From assembly GCA_029262055.1 (NCBI GenBank), contig JAJDAD010000035.1, forward strand, positions 516 to 64,515: 64,000 nt of DNA, in the 5' to 3' direction. This document shows, piece after piece, positions 29,140 through 38,764 of this stretch (the stretch's first letter is position 1; each line of letters begins with the position of its first letter). Source of the stretch: Candidatus Zhuqueibacterota bacterium. GTDB taxonomy: Bacteria; Zhuqueibacterota; Zhuqueibacteria; Oceanimicrobiales; Oceanimicrobiaceae. The position numbers and the translations under genes are program-made. The notes under the pieces are model-generated. The model ran no database searches and had not been told where the DNA came from. It saw only the letters and a program-made list of their open reading frames with translations.

Positions 29140-32100
29140 CTATTTCAGTAGGAGCATTTTGCGAGCCCCTTCAAGACGACCCGCTGCAGTGACACGGTAT
29201 ATGTAAATGCCACTGCTTACAGATTTACCGCGATCGTCAGTACCATTCCAAACTACCGTCTGACCTCCCGAACTTTGAACAGCATCAACCAGGGTGCGTA
29301 CCTCCCGGCCTAGCAGGTCGTAGATACGTAAAACGACCCGGGATGCGGTCGGCAACGCATATCTTATTGTCGTGGCTGGATTGAACGGATTCGGGTAGTT
29401 CTGCTGCAAGGTAAAGCCGGACGGAACGCCTGATGGGAGATCGTCCTGTACCGCTGTGACTGTCGAGTTCAGACCTACGCCCTCAACTGCGCGATAGAAT
29501 CCGGTGCTGTGGACTCCGGTGTAAAGATCCACCTGACCTGAAGGCCACTCCAGCCTAATCGAATCCGCCACCGCCGCTGCTCCCACCCCAAAGTGAACAC
29601 GTTGGCTATTATGGGAACGATCTCCAGTAGGGCTGCCTGAGACGTGCCGTAATTGCCAGTAGGACTGACCGAAGATATTGGCCTTGAGCCACACTTTTGT
29701 GCCGATTGCGGATTTGTTCGACTGAACGCCCTCGCAAGCAATAGTCAGCCAGCGGTTGTCATTACCGATCTCGTTGCGGTAAAGAAAGTTGGCATCCGGG
29801 GTAGCGTTGTCGGAGGAAGTGTTGGCAATGTACAGGTCGAGGTCGCCGTCATTGTCATAGTCGGCCCAGGCGCAACCACTGGAACTCCCGGCATTGGTGG
29901 CCAGATTTCCTATCTTGGAATGTGTCAAACGAGTGAAATTTCCTGCCCCATCATTTTCATACATGGAACTGGTTCCGGGTGAAGCAGAGGCAACGAAAAG
30001 GTCGAGATCGCCGTCGTTGTCATAGTCTGCCCAGCCACTACCGATGGAAGGCCCGCCATCGTTGACAATAATTCCGTCCGTAATTTTCGCAAACAGTCCG
30101 GTCTCGTTCACATCATTGCGATAAAGAGCATTATTGGCATTGAAAACACTGAGGTAGACATCCGGATCGCCATCGTTGTCATAGTCACCCCAGCTTGCTG
30201 AAAAACCAAAATCAAATTCCGCCACAATTGGACCACTCGTTAATCGGAGAAAACCGAGATGGCCCCTTTCAGTCAGCAGATTTTGGAACAAGGCGTTGAC
30301 TTCCCCACCAATATCAGAACCACTTTTGGGGATAAAGAGGTCCTGATCGCCATCGTTGTCGTAGTCTATCCAACTGCCAACGCCGCTATTTGCCTGGTTA
30401 TTTGAACTGAGAAACGCAGCATTATCTCTTGTAAAAACACCGGCGCCATCGTTTACATAAAACAGCTCGGGATTGCCGCGCACGGCAGGCGGGGAATAGA
30501 TGTCCAGATCGCCGTCATTGTCGTAGTCCACGAAACTGCTGCTCCAGGTTCCAGTGCTATCCCTGGCAATGTCGCCTGTTGTTATTCTCGTAAAAGTGTA
30601 ATTTGGCGGCCCGTCATTCTGGAATAACAAATTCATCCAAAAGGTTGGCTGCAGTCCGGTGTTGCCGCCCACGCTAACATAGACGTCCAGGTACCCGTCA
30701 TTGTTGAAATCTCCCCACGCACTGGCGAATGGACGACTCACCAATTGGTCGATTTCAGGGGAGGTGAACTTGGAAAACGTGCCGTCGCCATTATTGGTGT
30801 ACAAAGAAAGGCTCTTCGCGATTGAAAAATTCGATACCATCAAATCGAGATATCCATCGTTATTGTAATCTCCCCAACTGCAGCCGGTACTGAATTCGCG
30901 ATCTTCGACCGGAGCTCCGATCGTAATTTGCGTGAAGTGAAACGGAGAATAGGCCATGGTATCATTCAAGCGCAAAACCTCGCGGCTTTCTCGTTTCAAT
31001 CCTTCTGCATCGGTGGCGGTGACTTTCCAAAAATATTTGACTCCCGTACCCAACAGGGAGCGATCAATGGAAAACCCGGTGTCCGCGGATGTGAAAGTCA
31101 CCGCGTTGGTAAAACTCTCATCTACACCCAGAGCCACTTCATAAGAAACAGGGCTGGAAGAATTCGGATCCGTGGAGCTGCGCCAGGAGAGTTCGATACT
31201 GTTCGGCATGAAGTCCGATTCATTGGGCAAGATCAAGCTAAATGGCAAAGGGTGTTTGATTTCTTCAACTTCCGTCGCCGCTGCAAACGCATCGATCAGT
31301 CCCCAGCCGCGGTCGTTGTCAGGATTCTCGGCATTTCCGGCAGTTTGCTTCAGGGCATCAATAACCTGCATCGGGGTCCAATCTGGATGAGCTTCAATCA
31401 AGAGTGCGGCCGCACCGCTAACCAGTGGCGTTGAAAGCGACGTGCCGTTGGCGAAACGGTACTCGTTGGTTACTCGTCCTCTGGCCCACAATGTTCTCGC
31501 ACCGCGCGCGACGACATCAGGTTTAATTCTGCCATCCGCGGTAGGGCCTCGCCCACTGAAACTGGCGACCACGTTGTTCGAGTCCACTGCCCCCACAACC
31601 AGCATGCTGTCCGCATCAGCCGGCGTCCAGAGGCTGGAAACGCTCGGTCCAAAGTTACCAGAAGCGTTACAGAGCACGATTCCACGACTCGCGGCCAGAG
31701 AGGCAGCTTGTGATGTCACAGCGGTCCGGCCGTCCAAGTCGGCAATCGTGTAGCCACTACCGTCATCAAAAGTAAGATAAGCCAATGAGCTGTTGACCAC
31801 GTCCGCACCCAGGCTATCCGCCCACTCCAAACCAGCGACCCAATTGTCTTCTTCAAGGCGGGTTTCCAGGAGGAAATCCTCCGTCTTGGCCAGCAAAATC
31901 CGGGCGCCATATGCAGGACCAATCAGGACTCCGGGCTTGAACCCGGCAGCAACGGAAAATGTGCCCGTACCGTGATCATGCTGTTGCAGTACATCCCCCG
32001 GCTCGTTTTTGGTTTCGCCGTCACCAAAGACAAAATCTCGTTCGGCAAAGATGTCCCGGTCGCGCACAGCCTCATGGTCCTTGTTGTAGCCGGTATCCAG

Positions 32101-32781
32101 CATGCACAGAATTACTCCCTTTCCCGAAAAGCCCAGTTCATGCAGCGCCGGCACATTGATTTGATTTACCTGCTTAAAGGAAAAGCCGTAATCCAGTTGC
32201 GCTGGTAAACTGCTCGTCTTGGGAAAAGCATCCTTCGCGAAATCAAAGCTTGCGATTTCTTCAAATGAAGGCTCATCCTTCCGGGAGTAGCTTCTGACTT
32301 CCTGAATCTTCCGCACGAAGGGAAACTCCGCAATCTCCATCAAACCGGTCTGATCGGTTTCGACACTTACCGCATTGAGCCACCTTGAAATCCGTCTAAT
32401 TTTGAACACCTTGGCACCAATCTCTTCGAGATATGTCGCTGAAACTTCAAGGTCATAAAAATCCAGCAACTGACTGCCAAACACCTTTTGCCGCCGTTTT
32501 TGTGCCTGCGGTAAAATGTCGGTTTTTTGTCGAGCAAGAGCAGTTCGATATTCACCCGGATTGTGAATTCCTTTGTCTGTAAAGAAAACCCAGGCCTTGA
32601 CTGTTGTCTCCTTCTTTTGCAGGGACAGCGCTCTTTCTAAAGAAGCCACGATGACAGGGTCTGATTTAGACTTGCTCAGTTGGGGAGCATTTGAACTGCG
32701 GCTTTGAGAAAAAAGCAACGTTGATGAAAGAAGCACGACCAATGTAGAAATAGATATTCGAGAATACTTGGCTCTTCGCAT
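29140..32781 (-). CDS. S8 subtilisin-like peptidase with FG-GAP repeats, ASPIC/UnbV domain and C-terminal sorting (T9SS type A/FlgD-Ig-like) domain
   Basis: Catalytic triad LDTG, HGTG, GTSLSTP; repeated DYDNDGDLD; HFGVG...WPSG; QNYPNPFNP...KMLLLK. Confidence 0.92.
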   Translation of the reverse strand: MRRAKYSRISISTLVVLLSSTLLFSQSRSSNAPQLSKSKSDPVIVASLERALSLQKKETTVKAWVFFTDKGIHNPGEYRTALARQKTDILPQAQKRRQKVFGSQLLDFYDLEVSATYLEEIGAKVFKIRRISRWLNAVSVETDQTGLMEIAEFPFVRKIQEVRSYSRKDEPSFEEIASFDFAKDAFPKTSSLPAQLDYGFSFKQVNQINVPALHELGFSGKGVILCMLDTGYNKDHEAVRDRDIFAERDFVFGDGETKNEPGDVLQQHDHGTGTFSVAAGFKPGVLIGPAYGARILLAKTEDFLLETRLEEDNWVAGLEWADSLGADVVNSSLAYLTFDDGSGYTIADLDGRTAVTSQAASLAASRGIVLCNASGNFGPSVSSLWTPADADSMLVVGAVDSNNVVASFSGRGPTADGRIKPDVVARGARTLWARGRVTNEYRFANGTSLSTPLVSGAAALLIEAHPDWTPMQVIDALKQTAGNAENPDNDRGWGLIDAFAAATEVEEIKHPLPFSLILPNESDFMPNSIELSWRSSTDPNSSSPVSYEVALGVDESFTNAVTFTSADTGFSIDRSLLGTGVKYFWKVTATDAEGLKRESREVLRLNDTMAYSPFHFTQITIGAPVEDREFSTGCSWGDYNNDGYLDLMVSNFSIAKSLSLYTNNGDGTFSKFTSPEIDQLVSRPFASAWGDFNNDGYLDVYVSVGGNTGLQPTFWMNLLFQNDGPPNYTFTRITTGDIARDSTGTWSSSFVDYDNDGDLDIYSPPAVRGNPELFYVNDGAGVFTRDNAAFLSSNNQANSGVGSWIDYDNDGDQDLFIPKSGSDIGGEVNALFQNLLTERGHLGFLRLTSGPIVAEFDFGFSASWGDYDNDGDPDVYLSVFNANNALYRNDVNETGLFAKITDGIIVNDGGPSIGSGWADYDNDGDLDLFVASASPGTSSMYENDGAGNFTRLTHSKIGNLATNAGSSSGCAWADYDNDGDLDLYIANTSSDNATPDANFLYRNEIGNDNRWLTIACEGVQSNKSAIGTKVWLKANIFGQSYWQLRHVSGSPTGDRSHNSQRVHFGVGAAAVADSIRLEWPSGQVDLYTGVHSTGFYRAVEGVGLNSTVTAVQDDLPSGVPSGFTLQQNYPNPFNPATTIRYALPTASRVVLRIYDLLGREVRTLVDAVQSSGGQTVVWNGTDDRGKSVSSGIYIYRVTAAGRLEGARKMLLLK

Positions 32782-32823
32782 TGTGCCTTCCTAAAGTAAG
32801 AGTAAGGGATAAACTCAACAAAA

Positions 32824-35145
32824 TTATCGCAGCAAAAGCATTTTCTTTCTCGTTACACTTTCCCCGGATTCCAGTTCGTAGATAAAAATGCCACTAGCCA
32901 GCTCGATTCCGTCTTCGCTCAGACCAGTCCATTTAACTTGGTAGGTTTGCGCCGACTGTACTTCATCCACCAAGGTCAGCACCTTCTGGCCAAGCAAATT
33001 GTAGATCGTCAGAGTTACCTGGCCACCGTGTTCTATTTCGTATTCTATAGTCGTCTCGGGATTGAACGGATTTGGGTAGTTTTGGAAAAGCTGAATCTTA
33101 TTCGGAATCACTGGCCCTCTTCGTCCGCCATTCAGGACAGCCGGGTCGAGTTTAAGGGCAACCAGTTCTGCGATTTGGGAAGCGCCGCCCACCGGAACGG
33201 CGATGTGCTGAATTCCGTCGGCCATGTAAGTCATTGGTGAGCCGGCTGCGTTGCTGGGCAGTGCAATCTTGGCAATCTGCTCGCCGGTTTCCAGATTAAA
33301 TGCAAGCAACGCCGGATCGCTGTTAAAAGTAGATATTTCCGAAGCATTTCCACGCGGTGTGCTGCCACGATGACTGTTGATCCCTTCCTGCACCGCAAAG
33401 AGAAGCGAGTCAGTCAAAAGTACGAAAACGCGACGAGCCCAACCGAGGCGTGGCAGGTTAAGGCCACTCAATGCGGAATGGTTTCGTGGGCCTTCACCTA
33501 CGGCGGTGTACCAAAGATGGTCGCCCGTATTTAAATCCATCGCCGTGATTCGCCCGTACGGTGGTTTCATTATTGGCAGTCCCTGCGGGCCAACCGGCCC
33601 GTAACTTGGCGCCCCTTTGTAAGCATAATTCTGAGGATCTCTCGTGTTTTCCCAAACTCGCAAAGTCCAAACACCTTTGATGGAGGGTACGAAAATTCGT
33701 CCGGTTGTCGGGTGAACCGCTGCGCCTGCCCAACTTCCGCCTCCACTCACGCCAGGCACCGTAACCGTACCTTGAAAAGTTGGCGGCGTAAATATGGGGC
33801 CGTGTCTTAGTCGAGTCAAAATTGCAGTCGCTTGCTGACGTAACGCCGGCGTAAAGTCGATTAAATCATCAATTTCTGCGCCTTGCTGTTCGAAGGGAGC
33901 AGGTTTCGTTGGATGAGGTTGAGTGGGAGACGCAACCTCACCAGGTACATTCGATAACGGCACGGATTTCTCCTCAATCGGCCAGACTGGCTCACCGGTC
34001 ACACGATCAAACACAAAGAGCGAGCCATGTTTCGTCACCTGCGCAACTGCCTTAATTCGAGTACCGCCAACTGTGATTTCCAGAAGGTTTGGCGCCGCGG
34101 GCAAATCATAATCCCACAATCCGTGGTGCACGATTTGGTAGTGCCAAACACGTTCACCGGTTTCCGCATTCAGACAAACCAGGCTTTCTGCAAACAAATT
34201 ATCACCGGCCCGTTCCCCGCCGTAGTAGTCGTTTGTAGGCGTCCCAAACGGCAGATAAACATACCCAAGCTCTTCATCAGAACTCATTGGCGCCCAAACA
34301 TTGGTGTTGCCAAAACGCTGCCAGGAATTGTCGCCCCACGTCTCCACGCCAAAATCGCCGCCCTGGGGAATCGATTCAAAAATCCACAGCAGTTCACCGG
34401 TCCTGGGATCGAAAGCACGCACATCGCCGGGAGCCATATTTCTTGAAACCGGGTAATCCCAAATTGAAGATCCGACAACCACCGCATCGCGACAAATGAT
34501 AGGTGGAGAACTGACGCCGTACTGCAAATTACTAAAACTGCGGCGCAATCCTGTCGTGAGATCGATTCTACCGTTCGCACCGAAGTTGGTGATCGGGTTA
34601 CCGGTATCTGCATTGAGCGCAATCAGGTAAGCATCGCCTGTGCCGATAAAAATTCGACGCTCTCCTCCTCCCTCCCAATAAGCGACGCCGCGATGTAGAA
34701 AACCGTTATTCGGGGGAGAGCCGCTTTGGTAAGACTCCGGATTAAATGTCCACAAAGTTTGGCCGGTCACCGCATCGATGGCTGCAACCTGGCTGAGTGA
34801 GGTGCTTGTGTACAGCACGCCATCGACCATCAATGGCGTTGCCTCATATTTCCAGGTCCACAGATTTGAATTGCTATTTAGAATCGGTTGGTCAATCGAT
34901 TGCCAGCGCCAGGCAATTTGTAATTGATTGACATTCTCAGTGGTGATTTGATTGAGAGGCGCATATTTCGTGCTGGCCTGATCGGCCCCATACGATCGCC
35001 AGTTGCCGCCGGCGGTCTGTGTTGATACGAATCGTGCGTCAACCAGGCTGAAAAATAGCAGCAAAAATAAAACACGAACTCTTTGTCTGTAGAAGTGTTT
35101 TATGGGCCGGGAGTTTCTTTTAGCTAATTGTTCAAATCGTTTCAC
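32824..35145 (-). CDS. PQQ-dependent dehydrogenase (glucose/quinate/shikimate family) with C-terminal sorting domain
   Basis: KYAPLNQIT, EATPLMVDG, HHGLWDYDLP, GSPMTY; QNYPNPFNP...KKMLLLR. Confidence 0.9.
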   Translation of the reverse strand: MKRFEQLAKRNSRPIKHFYRQRVRVLFLLLFFSLVDARFVSTQTAGGNWRSYGADQASTKYAPLNQITTENVNQLQIAWRWQSIDQPILNSNSNLWTWKYEATPLMVDGVLYTSTSLSQVAAIDAVTGQTLWTFNPESYQSGSPPNNGFLHRGVAYWEGGGERRIFIGTGDAYLIALNADTGNPITNFGANGRIDLTTGLRRSFSNLQYGVSSPPIICRDAVVVGSSIWDYPVSRNMAPGDVRAFDPRTGELLWIFESIPQGGDFGVETWGDNSWQRFGNTNVWAPMSSDEELGYVYLPFGTPTNDYYGGERAGDNLFAESLVCLNAETGERVWHYQIVHHGLWDYDLPAAPNLLEITVGGTRIKAVAQVTKHGSLFVFDRVTGEPVWPIEEKSVPLSNVPGEVASPTQPHPTKPAPFEQQGAEIDDLIDFTPALRQQATAILTRLRHGPIFTPPTFQGTVTVPGVSGGGSWAGAAVHPTTGRIFVPSIKGVWTLRVWENTRDPQNYAYKGAPSYGPVGPQGLPIMKPPYGRITAMDLNTGDHLWYTAVGEGPRNHSALSGLNLPRLGWARRVFVLLTDSLLFAVQEGINSHRGSTPRGNASEISTFNSDPALLAFNLETGEQIAKIALPSNAAGSPMTYMADGIQHIAVPVGGASQIAELVALKLDPAVLNGGRRGPVIPNKIQLFQNYPNPFNPETTIEYEIEHGGQVTLTIYNLLGQKVLTLVDEVQSAQTYQVKWTGLSEDGIELASGIFIYELESGESVTRKKMLLLR

Positions 35146-35281
35146 GAAGCCAATCCTTATCTTTGCTTTTGTCGCTATTGCCAGGCAACCACAGCAGTGC
35201 CTTTTGGCCCAAAAGGTATCATTGACATTCTTAATTCAGAATTAGACTGTTATGACTCCTTGTTCAGTTTTTGAGCAAAGA

Positions 35282-37249
35282 CTACTTTAACAGGAGCATC
35301 TTTTTACTTTCCCTGAGATTGTCAGATTGAATTTCATAGATGTAAAGTCCTGAACTCAATTTGATGCCCGAGTCGTCTCGGCCGTCCCAAACGACTGTCT
35401 TGGCGCCGGCTGTCTGCGTCTCATTTACCAACACTCTGACTTGTTCACCGATTAGATTGTAAACAGACAATTGAACACGAGAACTTGCCCGCAATTCATA
35501 GCGAATGCTGGTGGTCGGGTTGAAGGGATTAGGGTAATTCTGATCTAAAACGAAATCTCCGGGTACGACGCCCGGTTCCTGGACACTGGTCAAAGTCACA
35601 CCTTCTTCAATGGTGACTATTTGGTTTACTACGGCATTTTTCAATATGTCAATCGTACCGGCCGGCCATTGTACTGTAACGGAATCGACCCTGTCGCTCT
35701 GACCAAGACCAAAGCTTAGCCACTGACTGCCCATTGAAAGGTGGCTGGCACCCGCGTACACCTCTCGCAGCTGCACCACTCCGTTAGAGGCAACCCTGAC
35801 CTTGGCTCCGACGCCATCCCGGTTGCTGCGAGTGCCAACTAGTCGAACTTTGAGCCAATTGTTGCCGTTCCCTGCATTTCTCAGCAGAAAGGGCCGGCCC
35901 GGTTGCCCAACTCTGCCAGCTTGCGCCGGGATGGCTTCTGCTGCGACAATAATATCAGGAAAGCCGTTGTTGTCAAAATCTGCCTGGGCAACTCCTGATG
36001 TATAGAAATTTGACAAATTCACCGGCATTTGTGCGGTGAGTTCTGTAAAACCGCCATCGCCGTTGCTGAAGAGCATCGTGCCCGGATTACCAACACCCGG
36101 CCCAATGATGTTCAACGCCAGGCACCGTTGCGCCCCTGCTGTGGTTGCGGCACGCGGAGGGCAGGTTCCTACGATTGAGCCAGTGAAAAAGAGATCGTCA
36201 TTGCCATCGTTGTCAAAATCGGTAAAACTGCATCCCCACGCGAACTCATGATTTGACACGCCCGCGGCCGGCGCTTGATCTGTAAAGGTTCCGTTACCAT
36301 TGTTGCGCCACAGCGCATGCGGCAGGCCACTTGTGCCGGTATTGGTGACAAAAATATCGATATCGCCGTCGTGGTCGTAATCGCTGCCGGCAAGGCCCAT
36401 CCAGAGACCTGGCCGCGAAACACCGGCTTGCGCCGCAACCTCAGTAAAGGTCAAATCCCCGTTATTCCGGAACAGCTCGAGAGGCGTCGACGCGATATTG
36501 CGGTCGTTGCAGGTGGCGACAAAAAGATCCATGAGCCCATCATTGTTGTAGTCGGAGAACATAGTAGCGCAAGCGCCAACTCTGGTGTCAACACGCGCAG
36601 AAGCACTGATGTCCGTGAAGGTCAGGTCGCCATCATTCAAGTACATCTTGTTCCGGTCGTTGCGTAAGTGTGCCAGACTGCCGGGAGCCGAAACAAAAAT
36701 ATCCAGATAGCCATCGTTATTTATGTCAGCCACTGATGCAGCTAGGTGCGTAACAGGAGACGAGAGCTCTGCGTCGCTGGTAATATCACTGAACGTTCCA
36801 TCTCCATTATTGTGGTAGAGTTTCATCGGAGCCTGCGCGGTTCCTTGCAGGCTGCCGCCATCGCCCGTCAGGAAAAGATCTTTCCAGCCGTCGTTGTCAA
36901 AGTCAGCCGCGACAACGCCTGAGTTGCCGGTTCTACTCTCAGCACCTGCTGCTACGGCAACGTTAATGAATGTACCATCGCCGTTGTTTCGAAATAAGGC
37001 GTTTGGCTGCGTCTTGCCGTTAGTCAGGAAGAGATCTACCAGGTCGTCGTTATTGTAGTCGAACCAGGCCGCGCCGGCTAGGCCATCGCCGCCAAAATGG
37101 GAGCTGCGGTGCTCGAAATCGAGCAGGCGTGAAGCATTCTCGAATGTTACGGATGGAGTTTGTGTGAAGGCCACTAGCTGTGTTGATATCAGAAAAAAGA
37201 TGACAAGCAGCTGATGAACCCACGAATTCGGCGTAAGTCTCATGATCAT
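35282..37249 (-). CDS. CRTAC1-like FG-GAP and ASPIC/UnbV protein with C-terminal sorting domain
   Basis: Many DxDNDGxxD repeats, SNRDGVGAKV, FGLG...WP, then the CTD. Confidence 0.9.
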   Translation of the reverse strand: MIMRLTPNSWVHQLLVIFFLISTQLVAFTQTPSVTFENASRLLDFEHRSSHFGGDGLAGAAWFDYNNDDLVDLFLTNGKTQPNALFRNNGDGTFINVAVAAGAESRTGNSGVVAADFDNDGWKDLFLTGDGGSLQGTAQAPMKLYHNNGDGTFSDITSDAELSSPVTHLAASVADINNDGYLDIFVSAPGSLAHLRNDRNKMYLNDGDLTFTDISASARVDTRVGACATMFSDYNNDGLMDLFVATCNDRNIASTPLELFRNNGDLTFTEVAAQAGVSRPGLWMGLAGSDYDHDGDIDIFVTNTGTSGLPHALWRNNGNGTFTDQAPAAGVSNHEFAWGCSFTDFDNDGNDDLFFTGSIVGTCPPRAATTAGAQRCLALNIIGPGVGNPGTMLFSNGDGGFTELTAQMPVNLSNFYTSGVAQADFDNNGFPDIIVAAEAIPAQAGRVGQPGRPFLLRNAGNGNNWLKVRLVGTRSNRDGVGAKVRVASNGVVQLREVYAGASHLSMGSQWLSFGLGQSDRVDSVTVQWPAGTIDILKNAVVNQIVTIEEGVTLTSVQEPGVVPGDFVLDQNYPNPFNPTTSIRYELRASSRVQLSVYNLIGEQVRVLVNETQTAGAKTVVWDGRDDSGIKLSSGLYIYEIQSDNLRESKKMLLLK

Positions 37250-37333
37250 TTATCCCTCCAAGTTTCTGAAAACTTATGTAGTCTGTCGCGATTATCAGCG
37301 GCATAGCTGTCGAGAAACATGCAACGACAGGTT

Positions 37334-38752
37334 TCAAAGAATTCCTTTTCCACGCAGCCAGATGAAATAGTCGGACCAGAGATCGACAAATCGCCCGGTC
37401 CGGGTGTCACGAAGATCGTGCCGTGCAAACGGGTACATGATGAATTCATAAGGCTTGCCGAGGTCCTGCAAGTGCCGCATATTCAATGTATCCAATCGAG
37501 TTGGAATGCTGCGGTCCATGGCGCCATAGAGCCAAAGGCTTGGTATGTCAAGAGCCTCGAGAACTGGCAGCGGCGTGTAGCCGTTCAGACCGCTAAAGTT
37601 GGCCAATTGAGGGTACACATTATCCAATGGCGTTTGGGTTCTATCTGCCAAAGTACTGTAGAAAATCTCGAGCCCCACACTAACCGTCGGTCCGGACCAC
37701 ATCAGCAAGAAAGAAACTTCATCCGCTTCTGCGGCAGCTAGGGGGCCAATCCATCCGCCCTGACTGTTGCCCAAAATGCCAATGCGGTCTTGATCGATTT
37801 CAGGAAAATTCTTTAGAAAACGCACACCGGCCACAAGGTCACTAGCCAAAACTCCTAATCCGGAAACGCTGTTGCCGAGTCCGATATTGAAGAATGTACC
37901 CGTTGACTCGCCAACTCCGCGTTTGTCGTAGCGCAGAACTGCCATCCCCTCCGGGACAAAAGGATTGGTGCCGTGCGCGATCATGTTTCTGTTCAGCCTG
38001 CCGGAGCCGTGAACGAAGACGATGGCAGGAAAAGGCCCACCACTATCGTCAGGCAAGTCAAGATCATAACGAAACCGCACGTTTCCATTCAGAAAAAACT
38101 TGTCACCAATCACCTCAAAGAGTAAGCTCTTGCTAGCCGCACCCGCCGTCGCGGCAATGGTTGCATTCCCGAATCCTGTGGCTGTAATCAAACCCGCAGA
38201 ATCCACTGTCGCGACCGAAGGATTCGTTGAGGCCCAGGTTAATGAAACATTTGACATTGGGTGTCTTCGAGCGTCCATAGAAACCGCACTGACTCGCACA
38301 GTGTCTCCTGGAAATTCTACAGGCGACGTAGATGAGAGTGAAATAATGGCAACCTTTTGCTCGACGGTAACAGTGGCATTTCCACTAACATCCAATGTTT
38401 TTGCAGTGATTGTAGCGGTACCGTTAGCAATGGCAGTCGCGTTCGCAATGTCCGGTAGTTCGCTGCTGGTCACTACGGAAACAATCGACGAATCTGAGCT
38501 GGACCACTCAAAATCCACTCCCGTAACTTCTCTCCCACCGGCGTCGATAGCGCGCGCCGTCAAGATTTGGACTTCGCGGAAAGTGGATATTGTAGCGACT
38601 GAAGGCGATATCCCGACCGAGGTGATAGGAACGGTTCCAGGCTCTTCGTTATCAGAACTGCTTGTCGGAGAATCACTGCTGCAGGCCAAACATCCAATGA
38701 GCAGCACAGGTGCAAATCGGGCCGGCAGAGGTGTTTTTCTTAAGATATGAAT
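37334..38752 (-). CDS. Lipoprotein with two Ig-like (Big_2) domains and an alpha/beta hydrolase; probable ATT start at 38752
   Basis: Lipobox CLAC; WSSSDSSIVSV and WASTNPSVATV Ig motifs; HGSG, YDKRGVGES, nucleophile elbow GNSQGG. Confidence 0.85.
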   Translation of the reverse strand: MHILRKTPLPARFAPVLLIGCLACSSDSPTSSSDNEEPGTVPITSVGISPSVATISTFREVQILTARAIDAGGREVTGVDFEWSSSDSSIVSVVTSSELPDIANATAIANGTATITAKTLDVSGNATVTVEQKVAIISLSSTSPVEFPGDTVRVSAVSMDARRHPMSNVSLTWASTNPSVATVDSAGLITATGFGNATIAATAGAASKSLLFEVIGDKFFLNGNVRFRYDLDLPDDSGGPFPAIVFVHGSGRLNRNMIAHGTNPFVPEGMAVLRYDKRGVGESTGTFFNIGLGNSVSGLGVLASDLVAGVRFLKNFPEIDQDRIGILGNSQGGWIGPLAAAEADEVSFLLMWSGPTVSVGLEIFYSTLADRTQTPLDNVYPQLANFSGLNGYTPLPVLEALDIPSLWLYGAMDRSIPTRLDTLNMRHLQDLGKPYEFIMYPFARHDLRDTRTGRFVDLWSDYFIWLRGKGIL

Positions 38753-38764
38753 GGTTCTCTTCTC

